A stretch of DNA of 64,000 bases from an uncultured SAR86 cluster bacterium (GTDB lineage: Bacteria > Pseudomonadota > Gammaproteobacteria > Magnimaribacterales > AG-339-G14), in assembly GCA_902542145.1 (NCBI GenBank), contig CACBTL010000005.1, positions 5,735-69,734 of the forward strand, given 5' to 3'. Shown here one piece after another: positions 20,302 through 29,496 of the stretch (position 1 is its first letter; each line of letters starts with the position of its first letter). The translations under genes were made by a program, and so were the position numbers. Below the pieces are notes generated by a model. The model ran no database searches and had not been told where the DNA came from. It worked only from the letters and a program-made list of their open reading frames with translations.

Positions 20302-22359
20302 TTATTTATTTCTTGGATCGTTTGAGGCCCTAATATCGCCCGCATGTTCCGTCTGATCTACAACCGATTCTTCTTTTTCAACCTTTTTGGGTTCTTCAAC
20401 TTTCTTAGGTCTAGATAATTTTACTGGTTTAGCAACTTTCTTAGTAACTTGAGATTTTGATTCTTTTTTAGTTTCTTTAACTTTACCTATTGCTTCACCA
20501 GCTTGAAGTTTTGCTTCAGAGTCTTTTTTTGCAGCAGGTGTATTATCTTTTTTTGGTTTTGATATTTTTCTTCTTGGTGCTTCATTTGCTGAATCTTTCT
20601 TCGTCGTTGCCTTAGATTTAACCTGGTCCTTCTTTTGGTTAGACGGCTTTCTCTTTTGATTAGAATTTCTTCTAGTATCTTGCTTGGGCTGATGCTTTTT
20701 ATTTTGAGTTTTTCTAGGATTTCTTTTTCTAACATTTTTTGGTTTTTTCTTTCCTTTAGGTTTGTTACTTTTAAAGATATTCATAAATTTAGATATCAAA
20801 CCAGTTTTGGGTCTAGAAGATGGCATCAGATTAACAACAGCTTTTTCCTCCTTCCTTGCAACAGGAGAACTTATTGAATCTTTCTCTAATTGTTCTTGTA
20901 TGTGAGAACTTGTTTCCTCTTCAATTATTTCCCCATCTTTTAATCTTACAACTTCAAATCTCGTATCTGGGCGAATGGGATCAGCTATAACAGTAACTTT
21001 TAAGTTAGCTCTTGCTTCGATATCGTTAAGTCTTATTCTTCTTTCATTCAATAAAAGAGCAGACATTGATGGCGATACGATTGCTCTCACTTCTCCTGTA
21101 TTATCTTTGCTACTTTCTTCTTCGATTAATCTTAATACAGCAGTTGAGAGGGTATTGATATCTTGTGTCCATCTTTCTTTCAAAGAAGATCTTAGTCTTT
21201 GTCTAGAAAGTTCAAGAAGACCGAATCTTGAAATTCTGCCAATTTGCACTCTCGCTCTATCCGCTGAGAGAGAATTTCGCATTTCATCCTCCACTTTTCT
21301 TTTATTTTCGAGATTCATCATGTCAATAAAGTCAATAACTACCAGACCGCCAATATCTCTAAGTCTCAACTGCCTGGATATTTCTCTCGCTGCTTCAAGG
21401 TTAGTATGCGTTGCAGTTTCTTCAATATCTTTGCCTGAAGTTGCTTTTGATGAATTTATGTCTATTGCAACTAAGGCTTCTGCATCGTCAATTACTATTG
21501 ATCCACCTGACTCAAGTTTTACTTCTCTTTGATAAGCAGTCTCTATTTGAGACTCAATTTGATATCGAGTGAAAAGAGGCAGACTGTTTTCATATCTTTT
21601 TATAATGTTTGATTGTTCTGGCATGACTCTATCTACAAACTCTATGGCTTGGTCATACGCTTCCTGTGTATCTATCCAAACTTCATCAACGTCTTCTCTG
21701 ACATAATCCCGGAGAGATCTAATGATCACATCACTTTCTTTGTAAATTAAGAAAGGGCCATTTTTTTGAAGATTTGCTTCCAAAATTGCATCCCAAACTT
21801 TAAGTAAATAATCTAAATCCCATTCTAATTCGGTTAATTCCTTTCCTTCCCCAGCTGTTCTAACAATTATCCCCATTTCTTCAGGAATATTTAGAGCAGA
21901 AACTTTTTGCTTCAAAGTATCTCTTTCTGATGGGTTCAATCTTCTAGAGATGCCCTGAGCTTTTGGGTTGTTCGGCATTAAAACTAAAAATCTTCCAGCT
22001 AAACTGACAAAAGTAGTGAGAGCTGCACCTTTGTTTCCTCGTTCTTCTTTTTCAACTTGAACAATAATTTCTTGATTTTTTGATAGACAATCGGTGATGG
22101 ATAATCTTCCTTTTTTATCTTTTGGATAAAATTGCGGTGCAACTTCCTTGAAGGGCAGAAAACCGTGTCTATCTGCACCAAAATTTATAAAAGCAGCACC
22201 TAAACTTGGTTCCACTCTAGTGACAATGCCTTTGTAGATGTTTCCCTTTCTCCTAATTTCGTTGATATTTTCAATATCCAAATCATAGAGGGAATCTCCT
22301 CTTGTCATGGCAACGCGAAGCTCTTCTGGTTGAGTAGCATTAATTAACATTCTTTTCAT
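20302..22359 (-). CDS. rne: Ribonuclease E
   Basis: MKRMLINATQPEELRVA, S1 domain, DINS, RQLRLRDIGGLVVIDFIDM; amphipathic GLISKFMNIF helix and Lys-rich disordered tail. Confidence 0.96.
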   Translation of the reverse strand: MKRMLINATQPEELRVAMTRGDSLYDLDIENINEIRRKGNIYKGIVTRVEPSLGAAFINFGADRHGFLPFKEVAPQFYPKDKKGRLSITDCLSKNQEIIVQVEKEERGNKGAALTTFVSLAGRFLVLMPNNPKAQGISRRLNPSERDTLKQKVSALNIPEEMGIIVRTAGEGKELTELEWDLDYLLKVWDAILEANLQKNGPFLIYKESDVIIRSLRDYVREDVDEVWIDTQEAYDQAIEFVDRVMPEQSNIIKRYENSLPLFTRYQIESQIETAYQREVKLESGGSIVIDDAEALVAIDINSSKATSGKDIEETATHTNLEAAREISRQLRLRDIGGLVVIDFIDMMNLENKRKVEDEMRNSLSADRARVQIGRISRFGLLELSRQRLRSSLKERWTQDINTLSTAVLRLIEEESSKDNTGEVRAIVSPSMSALLLNERRIRLNDIEARANLKVTVIADPIRPDTRFEVVRLKDGEIIEEETSSHIQEQLEKDSISSPVARKEEKAVVNLMPSSRPKTGLISKFMNIFKSNKPKGKKKPKNVRKRNPRKTQNKKHQPKQDTRRNSNQKRKPSNQKKDQVKSKATTKKDSANEAPRRKISKPKKDNTPAAKKDSEAKLQAGEAIGKVKETKKESKSQVTKKVAKPVKLSRPKKVEEPKKVEKEESVVDQTEHAGDIRASNDPRNK

Positions 22360-22377
22360 ATTTACCTCGAAAAAAAT

Positions 22378-22582
22378 GTTTTATAAGTAATTAAAAGTCA
22401 GCAATGACTTCAAAAGTGTGAGATTTTCAGGATTTACGTCTACTGACCTGAAAAAATATTAATTGTTCTTATAAAACTCTATTGTTTAACATGCAAAAAA
22501 TTCTTTATCCTTGAAAAATTTATGTGTTTAGGAGATTAAAAATAAGGATAAAGAACAACATTGCTATGTTTTATCTCCTAAA
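22378..22582 (-). ncRNA. Structured rne 5' leader (multibranch domain plus pseudoknot), probable cis-regulatory RNA
   Basis: Perfect inverted repeats 22378-87/22468-77, 22395-400/22405-10, 22424-31/22447-54, 22501-12/22544-55, 22527-36/22573-82. Confidence 0.6.
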
Positions 22583-22638
22583 AAAGAAGCTAAACTACCA
22601 CATTAATAGGATATTTAAAAATAATTCCGGTTAAGAAA

Positions 22639-23550
22639 TTGACAGAAGATAGCTTTACAAAGGTTTCCTTTGAAGAAATAGGTGCAAATTCTTTAAATCA
22701 AAGAGTAGATAATTTTTTATTAGGAAAATTCAAAGATTTACCCAAATCAAAAATTTATTCCATTATCAGAAAAGGAGAAGTGAGAATAAACGGCTCCAGA
22801 GTAAAACCTCATTTTAAACTTTCCATAGGTGATAAAATAAGGATTCCCCCCTTATTCTTGACTAAAAAATCTAATCTAAGTTCTCCAGAAAAAGGACTCA
22901 TAGAGGAAATTAAGGGACAAGTAATTTATGAAGATGGAGAAATATTAGTTATTAACAAAAAGCATAAATTAGCCGTACACGGAGGCTCAAGAGTAAGTAT
23001 CGGATTAATTGAAATTGTTAGAAACTTTGGAAAGGATTATAGAGACGCTCAACTTGTTCACAGGTTAGATAAAGCTACATCAGGTTGCATCATAGTAGCA
23101 AAGAATAAACAAAGCACTCGTCTTTACAATTCGTTTATTAGATCAAATCAAATAATTAAAAAATATCATTGCTTAATTCATGGCTCATGGCCAAAGAAAC
23201 TCAATAACATTAGACTGCCATTGAAAGTTAATAAGAACGAAAATTTAAAAAAGACCATCGTTTCTGAAGATGGAAAATATTCAGCAACAAACTTTAAACT
23301 GATTAAATTTAATGAATACTTTTCTTTACTAGAATGCAGCTTAGAGACAGGTAGAACTCATCAAATCAGAGTGCATACCAGTGCCAGTGGTTTTCCGATA
23401 GTAGGAGATTTAAAATATTCCTCAATGACCTTAAACAGTGACATGGAGAAAAGAATGTATCTACATTGTTCAAGCTTGGAAATTTTAGAGAAGGATCTGA
23501 AAATCATCAGCAAAGTCCCAAATTCTTTTTTTTATCCTTTTGAAGTTTGA
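22639..23550 (+). CDS. rluC: 23S rRNA pseudouridine synthase RluC
   Basis: S4 domain QRVDNFL...IIRKGEVRING, HRLDKATSG, TGRTHQIRVH; divergent from rne as in other gammaproteobacteria. Confidence 0.92.
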   Translation: MTEDSFTKVSFEEIGANSLNQRVDNFLLGKFKDLPKSKIYSIIRKGEVRINGSRVKPHFKLSIGDKIRIPPLFLTKKSNLSSPEKGLIEEIKGQVIYEDGEILVINKKHKLAVHGGSRVSIGLIEIVRNFGKDYRDAQLVHRLDKATSGCIIVAKNKQSTRLYNSFIRSNQIIKKYHCLIHGSWPKKLNNIRLPLKVNKNENLKKTIVSEDGKYSATNFKLIKFNEYFSLLECSLETGRTHQIRVHTSASGFPIVGDLKYSSMTLNSDMEKRMYLHCSSLEILEKDLKIISKVPNSFFYPFEV

Positions 23551-23590
23551 TGAGAAACGAAATTTCATCTAGAATCGCATTCTCTTAATT

Positions 23591-23800
23591 ATGGCAGTAC
23601 AAAAAAGTAAAGTATCAAGAGCAAGAAGAGGAGCGCGTAGGTCCCACAATGCTCTAAAAAACACAACCTTATCTACCGATCAGGTTTCAGGAGAACGTCA
23701 TCAGCGTCATGTCATGAGTTCAGATGGTTTTTACAAAGGCAAGAAGGTAATGGAAGTAAAAATCAAAGAAGACAATGAAGAACAAAATACTCCAGAATAA
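23591..23800 (+). CDS. rpmF: 50S ribosomal protein L32
   Basis: MAVQKSKVSRARRGARRSH...SGERH.RH...DGFYKG. Confidence 0.97.
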   Translation: MAVQKSKVSRARRGARRSHNALKNTTLSTDQVSGERHQRHVMSSDGFYKGKKVMEVKIKEDNEEQNTPE

Positions 23801-23807
23801 TTAAGTT

Positions 23808-24542
23808 TTGAATTCTCAATATGTTTTTGTTTCTGGTGCTTCGAGAGGAATTGGTCAAAGCATACTAAAGTTATTTTCTTCCAAAGGGTTTCCTGTGATC
23901 GGAACGGCTACTTCTGAGGAAGGCGTTAATGTTATAGATGGAATCTTATCCGAATTATCCGGAGAAGGCTTTGGGATGCAACTTGATCTCTCTGATAAGC
24001 AATCAATTGAAGATTTATTTGATACTTTGAAGGAGAAAGACATCAATCCAGAGATTATCGTCAATAATGCCGGCATAACAAGAGATAATATTTTTCTAAG
24101 GATGAAAGATACAGAGTGGGATGAGGTAATTCAGGTTCATCTTAGCTCTGTTTTTTCTTTACTGAAGTTTTTTTCTAAAAAAATGGTGAAAAATAAATCT
24201 GGAAGAATTATTAACATATCTTCTACCTCGGCAGCCATCGGAAATAAAGGGCAAGCTAATTACGCAGCCGCAAAATCAGGTTTAGAAGCATTTTCAAGGT
24301 CTTTAGCTAGGGAACTGGCACCGAGGAATATAACCGTTAATTGTGTTGCTCCAGGTTTCATAGAAACAGATATGATTAAAGGTATGGATGAAAATACTTT
24401 AAAGTTCATGTCAGACCAAATTCCTCTGGGAAGGCTTGGCTCTCCCGAAGATGTTGCTGATTTAATTTATTTTCTAGCTTCAAAAGAAGCTAATTACATT
24501 ACTGGTCAGACCATTCATATAAATGGTGGACTTTATATGTAG
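23808..24542 (+). CDS. fabG: 3-oxoacyl-ACP reductase
   Basis: [30 protein letters not shown]; fab cluster. Confidence 0.95.
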   Translation: MNSQYVFVSGASRGIGQSILKLFSSKGFPVIGTATSEEGVNVIDGILSELSGEGFGMQLDLSDKQSIEDLFDTLKEKDINPEIIVNNAGITRDNIFLRMKDTEWDEVIQVHLSSVFSLLKFFSKKMVKNKSGRIINISSTSAAIGNKGQANYAAAKSGLEAFSRSLARELAPRNITVNCVAPGFIETDMIKGMDENTLKFMSDQIPLGRLGSPEDVADLIYFLASKEANYITGQTIHINGGLYM

Positions 24543-24618
24543 GTTATGCAAAAAAAAATTAAAAAACTTATCTTCTAGGTATATAATTCGACAACATTTA
24601 AACCTTAAAGAGGTATTT

Positions 24619-24852
24619 ATGAGCAGCACACAAGAAAGAGTACAGAGAATTGTTTGCGAACAATTAGGCGTAAGTGAAGAAGAAGTTACAACGACAGCTT
24701 CGTTTATAGACGATTTGGGAGCAGACTCACTTGATACTGTTGAACTTGTAATGGCTTTTGAAGAGGAATTTGAAATTGAGATTCCTGATGAAGAAGCTGA
24801 GAAAATAGCAACTGTTCAAGATGCTATCAGTTACATAGAATCTGCATCTTAA
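24619..24852 (+). CDS. acpP: Acyl carrier protein
   Basis: Start moved to ATG 24619 (SD GAGGT); [14 protein letters not shown]. Confidence 0.98.
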   Translation: MSSTQERVQRIVCEQLGVSEEEVTTTASFIDDLGADSLDTVELVMAFEEEFEIEIPDEEAEKIATVQDAISYIESAS

Positions 24853-24870
24853 TTCCATTCACATACTCTC

Positions 24871-26115
24871 ATGGCCACATCTCGTAGAGTTGTAGTTACA
24901 GGCATGGGTATCATTTCTCCGCTGGGAAATGAATTAGAGGCATCTTGGCAAAATATTTTAGCCGGTAGAAGCGGCGCTAAGACTGTTACTGCTTTCGATG
25001 TAACAGATTACCCAACCAAATTTGCTGCTCCAGTAGAAAACTTTGATGATGTAAATCATCTGGATGTAAAAACCAAGCGAAGAGTTGATGAATTCGTTCA
25101 GTATGGACTGGTTGCTTCCAAACACGCAATTGAAAATTCTGGTTTGGAGTTAAATTCAATTGATTCTTCAAGAATAGGAGTTTCGATAGGATCCGGCATC
25201 GGTGGTTTAGATACCATTGAAAAAAATGCTCTGACTTTAGATAAGAAAGGTCCAAGAAAGATTTCACCATTTTTTGTTCCAGGAGCAATCGTAAACATGG
25301 TTTCTGGCTTAGTCTCCATTGAATACGGATTGCACGGCCCTAATTTGTCGATTGTTACTGCCTGTTCCAGCGGAAATCACAGCATAGGATTTTCTGCTAG
25401 GTCGATTTCACATGGTGATTGCGATGTCATGATTACCGGTGGATCAGAGATGGCTATCACTCCTCTAGGTTTAGGAGGGTTTTCTGCAGTAACAGCTTTA
25501 TCTACTAACAATGAAAATCCCACCAAAGCTAGCAGACCGTGGGATAAAGATAGAGATGGTTTTGTTTTAGGCGATGGAGCAGGTGTTTTAGTATTGGAAG
25601 AATACGAGCATGCTAAAGCAAGATCTGCAAATATCTTTGCAGAAGTAATAGGATTTGGAATGAGTTCTGATGCTTTTCATATGACAGCGCCTGCTGAAGA
25701 CGGGAAGGGTGCCAAACAGGCAATGATCTCAGCATTAAAGGATGCAGATTTAGATAGCTCTAAAATTGACTATATAAATGCTCATGGAACATCTACACCT
25801 TTAGGAGATATCATTGAAGCAAACGCGATAGCTGATATTTTTTCTACTTCTCAAGAACAAATTGCTGTTTCATCTACAAAATCTATGACAGGTCATCTTT
25901 TAGGAGCAGCGGGTGCAATAGAATCAATTTTTTCTATCCTGAGTCTTAGAGATAGTCGTCTCCCTCCAACCATAAATCTTGATAATCTTGACGCAGATGC
26001 TCCAAAACTTAACTACGTTGCTAATGAGTCTCAAGAAAAAGAAATTAACTATGTTCTAAATAATTCATTTGGTTTTGGTGGAACGAACGCATCTTTGGTG
26101 TTTTCAAAAATCTAG
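24871..26115 (+). CDS. fabF: Beta-ketoacyl-ACP synthase II
   Basis: RRVVVTG, TACSSG, NAHGTST, KSMTGHLLGAAG, NSFGFGG. Confidence 0.97.
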   Translation: MATSRRVVVTGMGIISPLGNELEASWQNILAGRSGAKTVTAFDVTDYPTKFAAPVENFDDVNHLDVKTKRRVDEFVQYGLVASKHAIENSGLELNSIDSSRIGVSIGSGIGGLDTIEKNALTLDKKGPRKISPFFVPGAIVNMVSGLVSIEYGLHGPNLSIVTACSSGNHSIGFSARSISHGDCDVMITGGSEMAITPLGLGGFSAVTALSTNNENPTKASRPWDKDRDGFVLGDGAGVLVLEEYEHAKARSANIFAEVIGFGMSSDAFHMTAPAEDGKGAKQAMISALKDADLDSSKIDYINAHGTSTPLGDIIEANAIADIFSTSQEQIAVSSTKSMTGHLLGAAGAIESIFSILSLRDSRLPPTINLDNLDADAPKLNYVANESQEKEINYVLNNSFGFGGTNASLVFSKI

Positions 26116-27045
26116 GTGATAAGACTTTTACTTACAGTTTGCTTCATAAATATATTATTCAGTGTTTTTTTATTCATAAAACCTTCTGAAATCAAAGAAG
26201 ATTTTATTTTTGAAATTAACAGAGGAGATTCCTACCTAAAGATTATTGAAAAACTAGAAAACATAAATATAACCATTCCCTCATTTGTTACGGTTATCCT
26301 TCATTATACTTCTTTGGACAAAAATATAACTTACGGAGATTATTTGATAAGAAAACATGAAAATCTTATTTCTGTTTTAACAAAATTAATTTCATCAGAT
26401 ACCCATTACAGAAAGTATAGAATCCCTGAAGGTTCCACTATTAGTTCAATACTGGATAGATCGAACGTACCAGTTTCTTTAAAGATCAATGGAATTAAAT
26501 TCGACAAAACAAACATCCATGCTCTTGAGGGGAGATTCCATCCAAATACTTACTATTACTCAAGCGTTGAAGATAGTGAAGATGTCTTTTTAGAAGCGAT
26601 TCTTACTCAAGACAGTCTTTTAGAAAAATACTGGAATTCAAGAACTCCTTACGTCTCTTTACAAGAACCTCAAGAACTTTTAGTTCTAGCATCCTTATTA
26701 GAAAAAGAGGCATGTCCTAATGAACATAAAAAAGTAGCAGGCGTTATTTATAATAGGCTGCGTTTAAATATGCCGCTGCAAATTGATTCTTCGGTAATTT
26801 ATGGCATTGAGGACTTTGATGGAGATATTAAAAAGCATCATTTGAGGAAAAATACCCCTTTCAATACATATACAAATAAAGGATTACCTCCTATGCCGAT
26901 ATCAAATCCATCTGAATCAGCTATAAGGGCAGCATCAAACCCCGATATACATAGCTTTCTATACTTTGTTGCGAAAGATAGATGTGCTCATCATTTTTCT
27001 GAAACATACGATGAGCACAAAGAAGCTATAAAAAAATATCAATAG
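26116..27045 (+). CDS. mltG: Endolytic transglycosylase MltG
   Basis: IPEG, LEG...P.TY, LASLLEKE, NRL...MPLQID, PFNTY..GLPP.PI. Confidence 0.93.
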   Translation: MIRLLLTVCFINILFSVFLFIKPSEIKEDFIFEINRGDSYLKIIEKLENINITIPSFVTVILHYTSLDKNITYGDYLIRKHENLISVLTKLISSDTHYRKYRIPEGSTISSILDRSNVPVSLKINGIKFDKTNIHALEGRFHPNTYYYSSVEDSEDVFLEAILTQDSLLEKYWNSRTPYVSLQEPQELLVLASLLEKEACPNEHKKVAGVIYNRLRLNMPLQIDSSVIYGIEDFDGDIKKHHLRKNTPFNTYTNKGLPPMPISNPSESAIRAASNPDIHSFLYFVAKDRCAHHFSETYDEHKEAIKKYQ

Positions 27046-27076
27046 AATAATCTTTTAGTTTGATAAACTTCACTGA

Positions 27077-27670
27077 ATGTTTATTAGCGTGGAAGGTATT
27101 GAAGGATGTGGAAAATCAACTCTAGTAAATGGTCTAGGTCAGTATCTTCAAGAAAGAAATATTGACTACGTAATCACTAAAGAGCCAGGCAGTACTTCAA
27201 TAGGGAAAACTCTTCGCTCAATTCTTCTAGACAAAAAGCAACAAATTAGTCCTTTAACAGAACTTTTATTAATGTTCTCTGATAGATTGGATCATCTAGA
27301 TAAAGTGATAAAGCCATCTCTTGAAGAAGGAAAAATTGTCATTACAGATCGGTATATTGATTCAACTTATGCCTACCAGGGTGCTGGCAGAGGTATTTCC
27401 AAGGGCATAATTGATAATTTAGTCAGTCAAACAGAAATAATGTTACCAGACAGAACTATTCTGTTAGATCTTAGTCCGGAGGTAGGTTTGAAAAGAGCCT
27501 CCACAAGAAATGAACTTGATAGGTTTGAATCAGAGAATATAGAGTTCCATAAAAGGTTAAGGAAAAGTTTTTTAGATGCGGCAAGCACTAATCCTGATAG
27601 GTTCCTTACCATAGACGCTGAACAGGAGCCTGACAAAATTCTTCAATCAGTTATCAATAAACTTTTTTGA
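27077..27670 (+). CDS. tmk: Thymidylate kinase
   Basis: EGIEGCGKST, TKEPG, DRYIDST.AYQG. Confidence 0.97.
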   Translation: MFISVEGIEGCGKSTLVNGLGQYLQERNIDYVITKEPGSTSIGKTLRSILLDKKQQISPLTELLLMFSDRLDHLDKVIKPSLEEGKIVITDRYIDSTYAYQGAGRGISKGIIDNLVSQTEIMLPDRTILLDLSPEVGLKRASTRNELDRFESENIEFHKRLRKSFLDAASTNPDRFLTIDAEQEPDKILQSVINKLF

Positions 27671-27671
27671 A

Positions 27672-28562
27672 ATGAATAAGGACTTAGAGAATCTGATCAA
27701 TTTGATTTTTATGAGCAGCGCTTCCTCAGTTCTTCTGTCTGGAAATTCATTATCACAACCAGAAAAAATTGCATTGCTCGTTGCTCAATCTTTTTTATGC
27801 AAAGATATCAAAAAAAATAATTTGTTCTGCAATGATTGTCATTCATGTAATTTATTTTCTGCTAATTCTCATCCCGACATCAAATTAATTGAGCGTTCTA
27901 AAGACAGGACTCAAATTCAAATTAAACAGATCAGAGATGCATCAGATTTTATATATTCGACTCCATTAATTGCCGATAAAAAAATTGTATTAATCCTTGG
28001 AGCTGATGAGTTAAATTTTTTTGCGCAAGATACTTTATTGAAGTCATTAGAAGAACCACCGGAAAATTTAAAGTTTATTTTAACCACTTCTTTACCTTAC
28101 AGACTTAAGCCAACAGTTTTAAGCAGATTGACGCTCTACAAACTTAATCATGAAATACATAGTCTGAATTCTGATTCAAATAATGACGGATTTATCGATA
28201 TCAATAAAAATGATTACCCAGAAGAATGCTGGAACAAAGAAGAAAAAATCATGAGATTGTTTGATGATTTGGTCTCATTGAAAGGGAGGGAAATAATCAA
28301 CTTCTTAATCAAAGACAAAGACAAGGATAACCTGCTGATAAAGCTTAATTGGTTATCAAAAATAATTGAAGAAAGCATTCTCATTCATTTCACAGAAACT
28401 TTAAGTGATACTCCATTTGCTCAACTTTCCAAAGAAATTAAAAATACTTTAGATAAAGATACATTGATCTATCTTTACGATGAAATTTTGCCTGTGATAA
28501 ATTCCTTGCAGTCAAATGAAAATCTTAACTATGATTTTCAAACTGCTGCAATTAACTACTGA
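27672..28562 (+). CDS. holB: DNA polymerase III delta' subunit
   Basis: FLC...CNDCHSC, HPD, LLKSLEEPP, PTVLSR; follows tmk. Confidence 0.9.
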   Translation: MNKDLENLINLIFMSSASSVLLSGNSLSQPEKIALLVAQSFLCKDIKKNNLFCNDCHSCNLFSANSHPDIKLIERSKDRTQIQIKQIRDASDFIYSTPLIADKKIVLILGADELNFFAQDTLLKSLEEPPENLKFILTTSLPYRLKPTVLSRLTLYKLNHEIHSLNSDSNNDGFIDINKNDYPEECWNKEEKIMRLFDDLVSLKGREIINFLIKDKDKDNLLIKLNWLSKIIEESILIHFTETLSDTPFAQLSKEIKNTLDKDTLIYLYDEILPVINSLQSNENLNYDFQTAAINY

Positions 28563-29239
28563 TTTTTTTTAAGAATTAATTTGTAAATCGAGTACACAGG
28601 GAAAGCTACTAGAATCATTTGTAAATAGATAGTAATGCAATTACCAATAAAACTTAAAACTACCGATATGTCATCTTGAGACGATATTCCTAAAACTGCA
28701 TAAAGAATCAAAACAAAAGAAATCGTTATAAGAGTGAGTAAAACTCCTGCGTTGAATAAAGACCAGTGTACTTCTCTAGATTCATTCCATAAATTGTCTA
28801 AAGAACCTAAGATAGAGTTTCCTTCCAAGACCAAGTAATAGACTGAGTAAGTAAATCTAAATTGGATATAAAGACCAGGAATAATAAATAAAACTAAACC
28901 TATGATTGTCATAATTCCAATGATTACTTGAAGAATGAAAATCTTTAAAGCCAGTTGGGCTGCTACTATCACATAGCCGATGAGTTTATTTAGAGATCCA
29001 TTTCTCAAATCCCTTCCTATTAAGATTGCCATGCCGGTATACAGAGGAGTCAAGAAAATAACTTGAAAAACTAGAATCAATGCAGCAACAACAAAGTAAT
29101 CTTCTCCTAAAGAGAATAAATAATCTGCAACAGTAGAAAGTAGACCAATGAACAGGATTGGAAATAAAAATATCTTAGAAAAAGCTAAAAAATTATTAAA
29201 ATATAATGTGAAGCCTGATGTGATAGCGTTTAGAATCAT
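28556..29239 (-). CDS. Hypothetical multi-pass membrane protein (possibly YciC/UPF0259-like)
   Basis: About 6 TM helices, IIPGLY motif; family assignment weak. Confidence 0.6.
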   Translation of the reverse strand: MILNAITSGFTLYFNNFLAFSKIFLFPILFIGLLSTVADYLFSLGEDYFVVAALILVFQVIFLTPLYTGMAILIGRDLRNGSLNKLIGYVIVAAQLALKIFILQVIIGIMTIIGLVLFIIPGLYIQFRFTYSVYYLVLEGNSILGSLDNLWNESREVHWSLFNAGVLLTLITISFVLILYAVLGISSQDDISVVLSFIGNCITIYLQMILVAFPVYSIYKLILKKNQ

Positions 29240-29263
29240 AGAATAATAAATGTAGGAGTCATT

Positions 29264-29494
29264 ATGATAGAAATTTGGTCAAAACCACAATGCCCATTCT
29301 GCGATGCAGCCGTTCAAATATGCGAAACAAAGGATTTAGAATTTAAAAAATACATGCTTGATGAAGATTTCAATCGAGAAGAATTCACTGAAAAATTTCC
29401 AAACGCTAGAACCTTTCCTCAAATTATTGTTGATGGAGAGTTAGTTGGCGGCTATCAAGAATTTAATCAATACGTTCAGACTAAAGCTATTTAG
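29264..29494 (+). CDS. Dithiol glutaredoxin
   Basis: CPFC, RTFPQI, VGGY; SD AGGAG. Confidence 0.93.
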   Translation: MIEIWSKPQCPFCDAAVQICETKDLEFKKYMLDEDFNREEFTEKFPNARTFPQIIVDGELVGGYQEFNQYVQTKAI

Positions 29495-29496
29495 CA

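Noticed and set aside
20302-20800. Low-complexity Lys-rich region as a repeat element
   Set aside because: It is the disordered RNase E scaffold tail, with no discrete DNA repeat unit.
23591-23800. L32 without Cys as a zinc-sparing novelty
   Set aside because: The Cys-free form is normal for E. coli-type gammaproteobacterial L32.
24523-24618. N-terminal extension of AcpP
   Set aside because: It spans the promoter (TATAAT 24582) and SD; ATG 24619 gives a normal 77-aa ACP.
27720-27790. Degenerate Walker A in HolB suggesting a pseudogene
   Set aside because: Delta-prime is an inactive AAA+ subunit, so degeneracy is expected; the ORF is intact.
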